Shown here: one piece after another, positions 38,679 to 48,521 of the stretch | How positions within the stretch are numbered: position 1 is the first letter of the stretch | How the letters are laid out: every line of letters starts with the position of its first letter | DNA from: Terrimicrobiaceae bacterium | GTDB taxonomy: Bacteria > Verrucomicrobiota > Verrucomicrobiia > Chthoniobacterales > Terrimicrobiaceae | Direction: 5' to 3' | DNA: 64,000 nucleotides | Assembly (NCBI GenBank): GCA_041752695.1 | Contig: JBGSVZ010000092.1 | Coordinates: forward strand, 32,001 to 96,000 | The notes under the pieces: generated by a model | Databases searched by the model: none | What the model was told of the DNA's origin: nothing | The model's input: only the letters and a program-made list of their open reading frames with translations | Made by a program: the position numbers and the translations under genes

Positions 38679-40268
38679 ATGACTATTCGCCTGCTGGGCT
38701 TGTTTTGGTTGCTGACGATCCTCGCGGCGTGCGGGCCTTCGGACAAGCGTGCAGACTTGGTTTTCATCAATGGGGCCGAACCCGAGACCCTCGACCCGGC
38801 ACTGGTGACCGGTCAGCCGGAGGGGAGGGTGGTCAATGCGCTCTTTGAGGGCCTCACCACCTTCAATGCCGAGGCGCGGCCCGGTCCGGGCATGGCCGAG
38901 AGCTGGACGGTGTCCGACGACAAGAGGGTTTACACGTTTCGTCTGCGGGGGGACGCTCGCTGGAGCGATGGGTCCGCGCTCACCGCGGAGGATTTTGTGG
39001 CCTCCTGGCGGCGCACCCTTCTTCCGGAAACGGCGGCGAGTTACAATTACCAGCTCTTTTACATCAAGAATGCCCAGCCTTTCGCCGAGGAGAAGATCGC
39101 GGACTTCTCCGAGGTGGGTGTGAAAGCCCTTGATGAGCGGACCCTTGAGGTCACTCTGGAAAATCCCACCCCGTTCTTTCTCGATCTCTGTGCCACGCCC
39201 CCCCTTGCCCCGGTCCCCACCAAGCTGATCGAGAAAGTGGGCGACGACTGGATCAAGCCGGAGCATATGGTAAATAACGGTGCCTACCAGCTGGTAACCT
39301 GGAGGATCAATGATCTCATCCGCCTGCGGAAAAATCCCCGGTATTGGAACGCCGTCAATGTCGCCCTGGAAACCATCGACATTCTGCCGATCGCCAAAGA
39401 CACCGTCGCTTTCAATTTTTATGCGAGTGGCCTGGCCGACCTGAGCATGGACAAGGGGCTGACGCCGCCGGCGTTGCTGGACGAGTTGAAAAAACGCCCC
39501 GATTTTCATCCCGCGCCCTTTCTCGGGACCTACTTTCTGCGGTTTAATTGCCAGAAAGGCCCGTTCGCGGATCCTCGCGTCCGACGGGCCTTCAGCATGG
39601 CGGTGGACAAGCGGCGCATCGTGGAAAAAATCACGCGCGCCGGCGAACTGCCCGCCGCCGGTTTTGTGCCTCCCGGCCTGGAAGGCTATCCCGCCCCCGA
39701 CGGTCTGCCGTATGATCCCGAAGCTGCACGGGCCCTGCTGGCCGAAGCCGGTTTTCCGCGGGGCGAGGGATTTCCTCTCGTCAACTACCTCTACGACGAC
39801 AAGGGTTCCAATGAGTTCATTGCGGTGGAGCTGCAGGACATGTGGAAGAAAGAACTCGGCGTCGGCGTGAATCTCGCCAAGCAGGAGTGGAAGGTCTATC
39901 TCAACTCCCTGTCTTCGCTCGATTATGACATCGCCCGCTCAAGTTGGGTGGGGGATTATCCGGACCCCAATACCTTTCTCGACATGTTTCTCACGGGTGG
40001 GGGCAACAATCGCACCGGATGGAGCAATCCTGCTTACGATCGCCTGATTGCGGATGCGGCCAGGGAAACCGATCCTGTTCGGCGGGCGGAGATTCTGCGG
40101 GAAGCGGAAATTTTGCTGGTCGTGCACGAGGCCCCGGTCTGTCCGCTTTATTATTATGTCGGGATCCAGCTTTACGATCCGGAAAAAATTGGCGGCATCG
40201 CTCCCAACGTCCTGGATGAACACCCTCTGAAGGCGATGTTTCGCAAGGACAGGGGCGGCAAGCCCTGA
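38679..40268 (+). CDS. oppA: Peptide ABC transporter substrate-binding lipoprotein (OppA family)
   Basis: Lipobox LAAC; EPETLDP, WSDG..LTAEDF, DPRVRRA, WVGDYPDP. No oppBCDF adjacent. Confidence 0.88.
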   Translation: MTIRLLGLFWLLTILAACGPSDKRADLVFINGAEPETLDPALVTGQPEGRVVNALFEGLTTFNAEARPGPGMAESWTVSDDKRVYTFRLRGDARWSDGSALTAEDFVASWRRTLLPETAASYNYQLFYIKNAQPFAEEKIADFSEVGVKALDERTLEVTLENPTPFFLDLCATPPLAPVPTKLIEKVGDDWIKPEHMVNNGAYQLVTWRINDLIRLRKNPRYWNAVNVALETIDILPIAKDTVAFNFYASGLADLSMDKGLTPPALLDELKKRPDFHPAPFLGTYFLRFNCQKGPFADPRVRRAFSMAVDKRRIVEKITRAGELPAAGFVPPGLEGYPAPDGLPYDPEAARALLAEAGFPRGEGFPLVNYLYDDKGSNEFIAVELQDMWKKELGVGVNLAKQEWKVYLNSLSSLDYDIARSSWVGDYPDPNTFLDMFLTGGGNNRTGWSNPAYDRLIADAARETDPVRRAEILREAEILLVVHEAPVCPLYYYVGIQLYDPEKIGGIAPNVLDEHPLKAMFRKDRGGKP

Positions 40269-40299
40269 ATCGGCCCTTCCATTTTCAGGAGAAATAGAA

Positions 40300-40328
40300 T
40301 TGACACAAGGCGCGTGTCTCCCTAGCTC
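40300..40328 (+). promoter_or_regulatory. Sigma-70 promoter for rpoZ-smpB
   Basis: Perfect TTGACA at 40300, 17-nt spacer, weak -10 TAGCTC. Confidence 0.45.
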
Positions 40329-40367
40329 TAAACGTTCCGCGCGATTAGGTCGGCGGAGTCAGGTTCT

Positions 40368-40586
40368 ATGAACAGCATTTTTATCGACGACGCCTCCAAA
40401 GTGATTCCCGATCCGCAAATTTTGATCAATATGGTCTCCAAACGGGTGCGCCAGCTCAGTGCTGGAAGCCATCCCATGGTCTCCGTAGAGCCCAGGATGG
40501 GTCTCGCCGACATCGCGTTGGCGGAAATCGCGCAGGGAAAGCTTGCGCCTGTCCTTCCGGACAGCGGGCCAACTAAGGAGGAATAG
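40368..40586 (+). CDS. rpoZ: RNA polymerase omega subunit
   Basis: LINMVSKRVRQL...DIALAEIAQGK; 72 aa. Confidence 0.85.
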   Translation: MNSIFIDDASKVIPDPQILINMVSKRVRQLSAGSHPMVSVEPRMGLADIALAEIAQGKLAPVLPDSGPTKEE

Positions 40587-40607
40587 CTCCGCCGGGAGCG
40601 GGCCGTT

Positions 40608-41066
40608 ATGTCCGCTGAAATTGTCACCAACCGCAAGGGTCTGCGGGATTACCACATCCTCGAGAAAATCGAGGCGGGTGTTGAGTTGCGTGGCACCGAG
40701 GTGAAGTCCATCCGGTCCGGTCTCGTAAACCTTCAGGGGTCTTTCGCCCGCATTGAGGGCAATCAGATGTTTTTGTACGACGGGGATATCCAACCCTATG
40801 TGCGAGCGAGTCATTTTCAGCACGAACCCAAACGTCGTCGTCGGCTCCTGCTGCATCGCCGGGAAATTCTCCGTCTTTCCGCGCAGACCGAACAAGCGGG
40901 GTACACTCTGGTGGCCCTGCGCATGTATTGGAAGGGCGGCCGGGTGAAGGTAGAACTGGGCGTGGGCAAGGGCAAGGTGGCTTCAGATAAACGTGCGGAT
41001 CTGAAGAAGCGAGTGCAGGAACGCGAAACCAATCGCGTGCTGGCCAATATTCAACGCAAAAGGTAA
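40608..41066 (+). CDS. smpB: SsrA-binding protein
   Basis: EAGVELRGTEVKSIR, HEPKRRRRLLLHRREI, GKGK..DKR. Confidence 0.97.
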   Translation: MSAEIVTNRKGLRDYHILEKIEAGVELRGTEVKSIRSGLVNLQGSFARIEGNQMFLYDGDIQPYVRASHFQHEPKRRRRLLLHRREILRLSAQTEQAGYTLVALRMYWKGGRVKVELGVGKGKVASDKRADLKKRVQERETNRVLANIQRKR

Positions 41067-41666
41067 AGCGGCGTCGGGTGATTTTCCCGCTCGCACCGCT
41101 GGCGGGGGAATCGATCGCAGTGGGCATTCAAAAAGCGCGGCTGGCCGGAAGGGTCAGAGATTGCGGCGGGAGGAACGTCTCGGCGCGAATGCCGCTGGTC
41201 GTAGGCTCCCGTTTGGCCTGTCATCCTAACCAGCAACTGACCCGCCATATTTTCGGCGCTCGAAGGGGGTTATTCTCGTTCGCGAGAAGGCACTACCGTT
41301 GGTCATGGTCGTTGCGAAGCGAATGGGATTTTTTTGGGAACAACCTGGCGCACAGGTTACCGGATCACTGGATTTCCGGGGGGGCGACAATTTCCCGATT
41401 CGGTCCGGCTCTCTCCCCGCAGCGAGTCCGCGGACTGCGGTTTCCACGATGCCAACCTGTTGCGTGCGTCCATTTAAGGCGAGGGTTTTCCTGTAGCAAA
41501 AACCGTATCTGTTGCATAAATGCTTTGACGCAAAATTCCCTGCGCAAAATCCGTTGAAGCCCCATAAATAGAGCGTCGGAGGGGTTTTGGGGCGAACTAA
41601 TTCTTTACATCTGCAACAGTTGCGCGCACTTTGTTGCGTAGATTTTTTCCGTAACGATTTCTGATT

Positions 41667-44600
41667 ATGAGTGGGTATTTTTCGCAGGCCGCCTTGGAGG
41701 GATTCCGGCGGATTCGTGGGGTGTGCAACCGGGCTTTCGTGCTCGGGGTTTTGGGGGTCTTGCCCTGGACAGCGGTTCCGGCGTCCACGTTCTCGTGGAA
41801 TCTGGCTCAGTCCGGGCTCACCAGCGCCGGGATTTATGATGGGCAGGGTCGCCTGACCCGGGTCCTGTGGACGATGGAGTCCATGCCATCCGGGGCGCAC
41901 GTCTCGAATTGGGACGGTTTGGACGACCGGGGGAACGTGGCCCCGGCGGGGAATTATTCCTGGAAAGTCGTCATCAATCGCAGCGTGTACAACAATATTG
42001 GCACGGTGGGAAATACGGGCCAGCCATCGACAAGTTTCGGGCACGTCCCATTTTTTCTGGAAGCCGTGGCGGTGGACGCGCAGAACGCGATTTATTCGGT
42101 GCATGACTGGAATGAGGCCGGCCATGACGTGAAGCGGTGGAACTCGTCGACCGGTCTGGCGGAATACAACAGCGGCCACATTATTGGCGAGGCGCTGCTG
42201 AAGGGCATCGCGGTGGAGCCTGATGGTTCCCGCGCTTACGTCACCGGCTACGGCGAGGCGGATGTTAACGACCGGGCCAACATCAAGTTTTCGCTCTTTC
42301 GCATTAATCTCACGAATTCCACCGTGGAGGACTTCACGCAGGCGGGGCGGCGGGTGCATATTCACGACGGCAACGTTCCGTATCCTCCGGGCGCCACGGC
42401 CGCCGATATCGAGGTGATGAAGGTTCCGCTGATCTCCGTCGCTCTTTTGGGCGGCAGTGTTTATGTGACGGACGCCCTGCTCGGACGGGTTCTCAAATAC
42501 GATAAAAACTCCGGCGCGTTGCAGCAGGAAATCACCGGCATTCCCCTGGCTTGCGGGCTGGCGGTGGCGCAGGACGGTCGCATTTGGGTGGGCCATGAGC
42601 ATGGCAAGGTGAGCGTGTATTCCCCGGCGGGAGTCCGTCTCGCGACGCCGATCTCCGACCTCTCCGAAGTGCGGGCGCTTTCCCTCCAAAATGGCACGCT
42701 GGCCGTGGCTGATCGTGTCGGACAGGTCCGGAAATACAGCGTCAACGGCACTGCGGTGACGCTCACGGGCACGTTTGGACAAAAGGCCGAACCCGGGGAA
42801 AAGCGCGCCGACCGCCTTTCGATGATCAACGGTATGGTGATGGACTCCGCGGGCTGCGTGATTGTGTCCGACCGCATGGGCCAGGGCTCGCGCCTGCAGA
42901 AACTGAGCCCGCAATTTGACCAGGTCTGGCAGCAGATGGGCCTCGAGTTCTCTTCCCAGGCCGCTTACGGCAAGGAAAATCCGGATGTTCTCATTTCGAG
43001 CTACCGGAATATCTACCAAATCAATCGCGCGACGGGTCAATGGACCTTTCTTGGACCCGGCGGCACGGATAAAGTAGGTTCGTATTTTGGAAATTTCGAA
43101 AGCACTCACTTTGGCCCGCCGCGGGTGGTCCGTTTCGGCGGCAACGATTTCTTTTATTATCCCGCAGGTGACGGGGTGGCGATTTACCGCCTGACTCCAC
43201 CGACCGATCCCGAGCGGGGCCCCACGCTGAAGCTGGCCTCCTGCCTTGGCGGTTCCATGCCTTCGCCGGACGGCGTTCATCGCGACAAATGGTGGCTCGA
43301 TGAAAACAAATTCCTCTGGTCCTGGGACGACACCCAGGGCGATGGGGAAATCCAGTATCAATCCGCCACCCTGCCCGGCGAAGTGACCCTCGACGCCAGT
43401 CCGAACAGTCCGGAGGGTTGGAAATGGGACAAGGCCTCCGTGGGTATTGATGACCAGGGCTGGGTCTGGCTGGCTTCTTATGCGCGGATTTTTCCTCCCG
43501 GGCCCTTTGAGGCCAAGGCGATTTACGCCATTGCGCCACAGGGACTCAACGCCCAGGGAAACCCCATTTATCGCTGGGCCAATGCGGTGAAGGTGATGGA
43601 TGAGGCGACCGGCCGCAATGCGCTCGGCGTTACGGGTGGGGAGTTTAACTGGATGATGGTGAACCGTTCCGACGACGGCATGGTGTACTCCCTCGCGTAT
43701 TCCGACAACGCGGCCTACCCTCAGGATGGCGCGCGCTGGATGGGGGGCAATTTGCTCTTCGGATTTGAAGGTCAGACGTCCGCCAGTCCCGCTCCCCTGG
43801 GTGCTCCGAAATGGCATGTTGTCCTGCCGGAGCGCTCCGTGGGCTTGACGCCCATTCCGGGTGGAAAAGGCGGGGTCTTTGTCGGCATCGGCCCCGTATC
43901 ACGCGGCACGGTCGGACATTACACCAAGGACGGTCTTTTGATCGGCAGCTTCCAGGTGGCCCCAAAGTATGGGGACGACGTTCCCCCCAACCTCGCCTCC
44001 GGGGCGCTTGACGCCTTCCTCGCCCTCAACTGCAACCGCGACCCTCGCGACGGGGTGATTGATCTCTTTGCGGAGGACAACTGGAACCAGCGCCTCGTCT
44101 GGTATCGGGTAAACGACACCAATATTGAGACCTTGTCGGGACAGATCACCACCGCTGGCACCGCGGGGACGCGGTTCGCCCTCACCGTTCACCAGGGGAC
44201 GGGAGACGGCAGCTACTCCGCGGGGACGGTGGTGCCCATCGTTGCCGCCCTTCCTCCGGCGGGTAAGGCTTTCAAAGCCTGGACCGGTGATACGGCGGTG
44301 TTGGCCAGCGCCAGTTCCGCCGTCACCACCGTGACCATGCCCGCCGCCACCGTGACCGTGACGGCCACCTTCGACTGGGCGGTTGGCAACGACCAGGTGC
44401 GTTTTTATGCACGCACCGGGGACGAGCACCGCATGGTGAATTGCGTTTTCGAAGGGACCAATGGCGACCCGGTGAACGGAACCTACACCCCGTTTTACGT
44501 GGTCACGACGACCCCTGCTGCCGGGTGGACGGCCATCTCGGTGGAAACCGCCAATTTTCGCTATCTGCGTTTCCGGGATCCGAACACGAACGGGTTGCTC

Positions 44601-45539
44601 ACCGAGTTGGAGTTTTACCGGGATGGCGTGAAGTTGGTCGGTCCTGGATTTGGGACGCCGGGCAGTTGGAACAACGAGGCGCACCGGACATTCGCCGCGG
44701 CGTTGGATGGGGACCTCGATTCGTATTTCAACGGGCCTCCAGGGAAAAACGCTTATATCGGGATCGACACTGCCGGATCGAATCCCTCCACCCACACGCT
44801 CACCGTGACGGGCGGCAGCGGAGGAGGGGATTACGAACCTGGAACCACCGTGCTTGTCACGGCGGGGGCGGCTCCGGCCGGCAGCGAATTTGCCGGATGG
44901 ACGGGCGACATTGCGATCCTGTCCAACCCCTTCCTCGCCACCACCAGTGCGACCATGCCCACGATGGATGTTTCCATCTCTGCGAGTTACACGGCCCAGA
45001 ATACCGTTCCCCCGGCCCTCACCAGAGCCTACTTGCGCCAACAACACGGGGCGGGAAATGTTTTTGATCTGGATGTCTTCGGCCCGGGCACGGTGAGCAA
45101 CGTCGAGACCCGCAAGAGTGACTTTGCGACCACGCGAATCCTTGTGCTGGAATTTGATCAGGCCGTCGTTTCAGGCACCGTTGCCGTGGCTCAGGGCACC
45201 GGGACCGTATCCTCCGTGAGTTTTGAAGGGAGCGCCGCCACGGTCACTCTGATGGGCGTCAATGATCGACAGAAGGTGAGGCTTTTGCTGACTAACTTTG
45301 CCGGCTCCAATGGCCCTGCCATGACGCCGACCACTATAGCCATCCGGTTTTTGGTTGGGGATGCCAATCGGGATGGCAAGGTGAATCCGAGTGATCTGTT
45401 GATTATCCGCCAGTATGCGGGAAAAACCTTTGGCAATCCTGGCTATCAGGGAGTGATGGACTTCGACACCGATGGGGTGATCAACAGCTCCGACCTCAGT
45501 GCCCAGCGGGCGAACTACGGGTATTCTGTCGCCCAGTAA
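41667..45539 (+). CDS. Large secreted multidomain protein: FlgD-Ig, beta-propeller, two InlB-B-like repeats, discoidin-like module, C-terminal dockerin-like domain
   Basis: SAGIYDGQGRL...WDGLDDRG; NHL-like repeats; two LTV..G.G.G.Y..GT.V...F..WTGD repeats; GDANRDGKVNPSDL and DFDTDGVINSSDL EF-hand pair. Start uncertain (possibly GTG at 41721). Confidence 0.8.
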   Translation: MSGYFSQAALEGFRRIRGVCNRAFVLGVLGVLPWTAVPASTFSWNLAQSGLTSAGIYDGQGRLTRVLWTMESMPSGAHVSNWDGLDDRGNVAPAGNYSWKVVINRSVYNNIGTVGNTGQPSTSFGHVPFFLEAVAVDAQNAIYSVHDWNEAGHDVKRWNSSTGLAEYNSGHIIGEALLKGIAVEPDGSRAYVTGYGEADVNDRANIKFSLFRINLTNSTVEDFTQAGRRVHIHDGNVPYPPGATAADIEVMKVPLISVALLGGSVYVTDALLGRVLKYDKNSGALQQEITGIPLACGLAVAQDGRIWVGHEHGKVSVYSPAGVRLATPISDLSEVRALSLQNGTLAVADRVGQVRKYSVNGTAVTLTGTFGQKAEPGEKRADRLSMINGMVMDSAGCVIVSDRMGQGSRLQKLSPQFDQVWQQMGLEFSSQAAYGKENPDVLISSYRNIYQINRATGQWTFLGPGGTDKVGSYFGNFESTHFGPPRVVRFGGNDFFYYPAGDGVAIYRLTPPTDPERGPTLKLASCLGGSMPSPDGVHRDKWWLDENKFLWSWDDTQGDGEIQYQSATLPGEVTLDASPNSPEGWKWDKASVGIDDQGWVWLASYARIFPPGPFEAKAIYAIAPQGLNAQGNPIYRWANAVKVMDEATGRNALGVTGGEFNWMMVNRSDDGMVYSLAYSDNAAYPQDGARWMGGNLLFGFEGQTSASPAPLGAPKWHVVLPERSVGLTPIPGGKGGVFVGIGPVSRGTVGHYTKDGLLIGSFQVAPKYGDDVPPNLASGALDAFLALNCNRDPRDGVIDLFAEDNWNQRLVWYRVNDTNIETLSGQITTAGTAGTRFALTVHQGTGDGSYSAGTVVPIVAALPPAGKAFKAWTGDTAVLASASSAVTTVTMPAATVTVTATFDWAVGNDQVRFYARTGDEHRMVNCVFEGTNGDPVNGTYTPFYVVTTTPAAGWTAISVETANFRYLRFRDPNTNGLLTELEFYRDGVKLVGPGFGTPGSWNNEAHRTFAAALDGDLDSYFNGPPGKNAYIGIDTAGSNPSTHTLTVTGGSGGGDYEPGTTVLVTAGAAPAGSEFAGWTGDIAILSNPFLATTSATMPTMDVSISASYTAQNTVPPALTRAYLRQQHGAGNVFDLDVFGPGTVSNVETRKSDFATTRILVLEFDQAVVSGTVAVAQGTGTVSSVSFEGSAATVTLMGVNDRQKVRLLLTNFAGSNGPAMTPTTIAIRFLVGDANRDGKVNPSDLLIIRQYAGKTFGNPGYQGVMDFDTDGVINSSDLSAQRANYGYSVAQ

Positions 45540-45617
45540 AATGAACATGGCGACGGCGGGACGGGCGGACGTTTTTCGCAGTTGCGTGTCGGGCTGAACC
45601 TGCGCACTCTCTTGGGC

Positions 45618-46220
45618 ATGGGAACTGGTTTGCTTGTCCTTCTTGTGCTGGTCGGTCTGGTGGTGCTTTTCGCGCTCTACGCGATTGGCCAATACAATGC
45701 CCTTGTCACGTTGCGCAATCGTTTCAAAAATGCCTTCGCACAGATCGACGTTCAGCTCAAACGTCGCTACGACCTGATTCCCAATCTGGTCGAAACGGCC
45801 AAAGGATACATCAAGCACGAGCGCGAGACGCTTGAAGCTGTGATCGCCGCGCGGAATTCCGCCTCCAGCGCGGGTTCGCAGGCTGCCTTGAATCCGGGTG
45901 ATCCGAACGCGATGAAGGCCCTCAACGGCGCGGAAAGCGGACTCACCGCGTCACTTGGCCGGCTGTTTGCCGTGGCGGAGGCTTACCCCGATCTCAAGGC
46001 GAATCAAAACATGATGCAGCTCACCGAGGAATTGACCACGACGGAAAACAAGGTCTCCTTTGCCCGTCAGGCCTACAATGACTCGGTGATGGGCTACAAC
46101 ACGAAGCGGGAAATTTTCCCGACAAACATCATTGCCGGCATGTTTAACTTCGCCCCGGCCGAGTTGTTCCAAATTGAGAACCCCGGAGAGAAGGAAGCGC
46201 CCAAAGTTTCGTTCACATGA
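45618..46220 (+). CDS. lemA: LemA family protein
   Basis: N-terminal TM; QIDVQLKRRYDLIPNLVET, AEAYPDLKANQN. Confidence 0.95.
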   Translation: MGTGLLVLLVLVGLVVLFALYAIGQYNALVTLRNRFKNAFAQIDVQLKRRYDLIPNLVETAKGYIKHERETLEAVIAARNSASSAGSQAALNPGDPNAMKALNGAESGLTASLGRLFAVAEAYPDLKANQNMMQLTEELTTTENKVSFARQAYNDSVMGYNTKREIFPTNIIAGMFNFAPAELFQIENPGEKEAPKVSFT

Positions 46221-47710
46221 TCCCTCTCGTTCCGTCGCGTTCCGTTTTCGCGGAGCAGGCGGCCACGGCGAACGTGGTCCCGGTTTGGACCGAGATCGTC
46301 GCCGACGGTGACACGCCCGTTTCCGCCTTCGCCAAAATCGGAGGCGTCGCTCCGTCGTTTCTGCTCGAGTCCGCCGAACAAAACGATCAGGTTGGCCGGT
46401 ATTCCATCCTCGGGGCGGGCGCACGGCTGACGATTTCCGCGCGGGGCAAAACGGTCACCGTGATGGAAAACGGCATCACGCGGACCTATGAGGCCGGGCA
46501 GGATCCGTTCAAGGAACTCGAGACCATCATGGCGCGCTACCGAACGGTACCGGACGTCAATATTCCGGGCTTCTCCGGCGGGGCGGTGGGGTACCTTTCT
46601 TATGATTGTGTGCGGTGGTTCGAACCGACCGTTCCGCCTCCGCCGAAAGACGAACTTGGCGTGCCCGACATGTTTTTTCTCCTGGCGGATACGGTTGTGA
46701 TTTTTGATCACCGCCGTCGGCGGATGAAAATCGTCGCCAACGCCTTCGTGGAGGAGGCCGGTCCTGAGGCGGCATACGAGGCCGCCACGCGGGAGATCGA
46801 AAGCATCCTGGAGAAACTCCGCCAGCCTCTGGCGTTTGACCCGATTTTTACCGGTTCCGAGCCGCCCCGCGGTGAGGCCACCAGCAATACGACGCGCGAA
46901 GAATATCACGCGATGGTGGATCGCGCGGAGGAATACATCCGCGCGGGAGACATCTTCCAGATGGTGCCCGCCCAGCGTTTTGAGACGCCCTTCACCAACG
47001 ACGCGCTCGACCTCTATCGGGCCCTGCGTTTTGTGAATCCTTCGCCGTACATGTTTTGCCTGCGTTTCCCCGAGGGGTATTCGCTGGTGGGCAGTTCGCC
47101 GGAGGTTCATGTGCGTCTCACCGGCGAACTGGTTGAGATCCGCCCCATTGCCGGGACGCGCAAACGCGGGGAAACGGAAGACCAGGATCGTGCCAACGCC
47201 GAGGAACTTCTGGCCGACCCCAAGGAGCGTGCCGAACACCTCATGCTGGTGGATCTGGCGCGGAATGACGTCGGACGTATCGCGGAATTTGGCAGCGTGA
47301 AGGTGACCGATTTCATGACGATTGAGCGCTACAGCCACGTCATGCATATTGTCTCTCATGTCTCCGGCAAGTTGGCGGGAGGCCGATCCGCTTACGATGT
47401 GATGCGTGCGACCTTTCCCGCGGGCACGGTCTCCGGTTCGCCCAAGGTTCGTGCCATGCAGGTGATCAACGAGTTGGAAAACAGCAAACGCTGCACCTAT
47501 GCCGGAGCGGTGGGATATTTTAATTTCAATGGAGACCTCGACTCCTGCATCGCACTGCGCACCGTCCTGCTGAAGGACGGCAAAGCTTACGTGCAGGCCG
47601 GCGGGGGAGTTGTCGCCGATTCCACTCCGGAGGGGGAATACCAGGAAAGCGTCAACAAGGCGATGGCCGCGATGCGCGCGATCGACCGGGCGCGGACGAT
47701 AGGTCATTGA
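46217..47710 (+). CDS. trpE: Anthranilate synthase component I
   Basis: FLLESAE, NPSPYM, SSPE, PIAGTRKRG, EHLMLVDLARND, YSHVMHIVS. Confidence 0.93.
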   Translation: MIPLVPSRSVFAEQAATANVVPVWTEIVADGDTPVSAFAKIGGVAPSFLLESAEQNDQVGRYSILGAGARLTISARGKTVTVMENGITRTYEAGQDPFKELETIMARYRTVPDVNIPGFSGGAVGYLSYDCVRWFEPTVPPPPKDELGVPDMFFLLADTVVIFDHRRRRMKIVANAFVEEAGPEAAYEAATREIESILEKLRQPLAFDPIFTGSEPPRGEATSNTTREEYHAMVDRAEEYIRAGDIFQMVPAQRFETPFTNDALDLYRALRFVNPSPYMFCLRFPEGYSLVGSSPEVHVRLTGELVEIRPIAGTRKRGETEDQDRANAEELLADPKERAEHLMLVDLARNDVGRIAEFGSVKVTDFMTIERYSHVMHIVSHVSGKLAGGRSAYDVMRATFPAGTVSGSPKVRAMQVINELENSKRCTYAGAVGYFNFNGDLDSCIALRTVLLKDGKAYVQAGGGVVADSTPEGEYQESVNKAMAAMRAIDRARTIGH

Positions 47711-47738
47711 TCGGTTCGCCAAGTCGGTCGATCCTCTC

Positions 47739-48521
47739 ATGCCCCGCCGCCTTATCGATATTTCCCAGCCTCTGGCGAATGGAGAAAACGCCGACCCGAA
47801 GGGGTTTGCGCCCCGCATTCAGTATAGTGGACATCAGGAGAACTTTTCTCAACTCGCCTCCTTTTTTCCGGGGCTGCAATCTACGGATGTGCCGGGAAGT
47901 GAAGCCTGGGCTCTTGAGCAAGTGCAGCTTACGACTCACAATGGCACCCATCTCGATGCGCCCTGGCATTTTTCGGCCACGATGGACGGGGGGAAACCCG
48001 CCCTGACCATTGACCAGATCGATTTGGAATGGTGTTTCCAGCCGGGCGTGAAACTGGACTTTCGACACCTGCCCGACGGGCATGTGGTGACCGCGGCCGA
48101 GGTGGAGGCGGAGTTGAAGCGGATTGGCCGCGTCATCCAGCCGCTGGAGATTGTGGTCATCAACACCCGGGCCGGTGGGCTGGCGGGATGTGAGGGATAT
48201 GTTGACGCTGGCTGCGGCATGGGCAGGGATGCGACGCTTTTTCTGTTGGAACGTGGCGTGAGGGTAACCGGCACCGACGGTTGGAGCTGGGATGCGCCGT
48301 TTTCCCATACCCGGGAAAAATATCTGACCACCGGCAATTCCCGCCTGATTTGGGAGGGTCACAAGGCTGGCCGGGAGATCGGCTATTGCCACCTGGAAAA
48401 ACTGCATAACCTCGAGGCCCTCCCGTCCTCAGGGTTCACTATCTGTTGTTTTCCCGTCAAAATCCACGCCGCCTCAGCCGGATGGACGCGGGCGGTGGCC
48501 ATCCTCGAAGGAAGCTCATGA
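47739..48521 (+). CDS. Cyclase / kynurenine-formamidase-like metal hydrolase
   Basis: HNGTHLDAPWH motif, GTDGWSWD, HLEKL. Confidence 0.85.
   Translation: MPRRLIDISQPLANGENADPKGFAPRIQYSGHQENFSQLASFFPGLQSTDVPGSEAWALEQVQLTTHNGTHLDAPWHFSATMDGGKPALTIDQIDLEWCFQPGVKLDFRHLPDGHVVTAAEVEAELKRIGRVIQPLEIVVINTRAGGLAGCEGYVDAGCGMGRDATLFLLERGVRVTGTDGWSWDAPFSHTREKYLTTGNSRLIWEGHKAGREIGYCHLEKLHNLEALPSSGFTICCFPVKIHAASAGWTRAVAILEGSS

Noticed and set aside
41067..41666. tmRNA (ssrA) next to smpB
   Set aside because: No GGGG...TCGA 5' end or T-arm/CCA 3' end was found on either strand.
41226..45047. Long minus-strand ORFs opposite the large surface protein (also 8980..10689, 12632..14320 and 46094..47818 elsewhere)
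   Set aside because: Shadows of well-supported plus-strand genes, with no recognisable domains.
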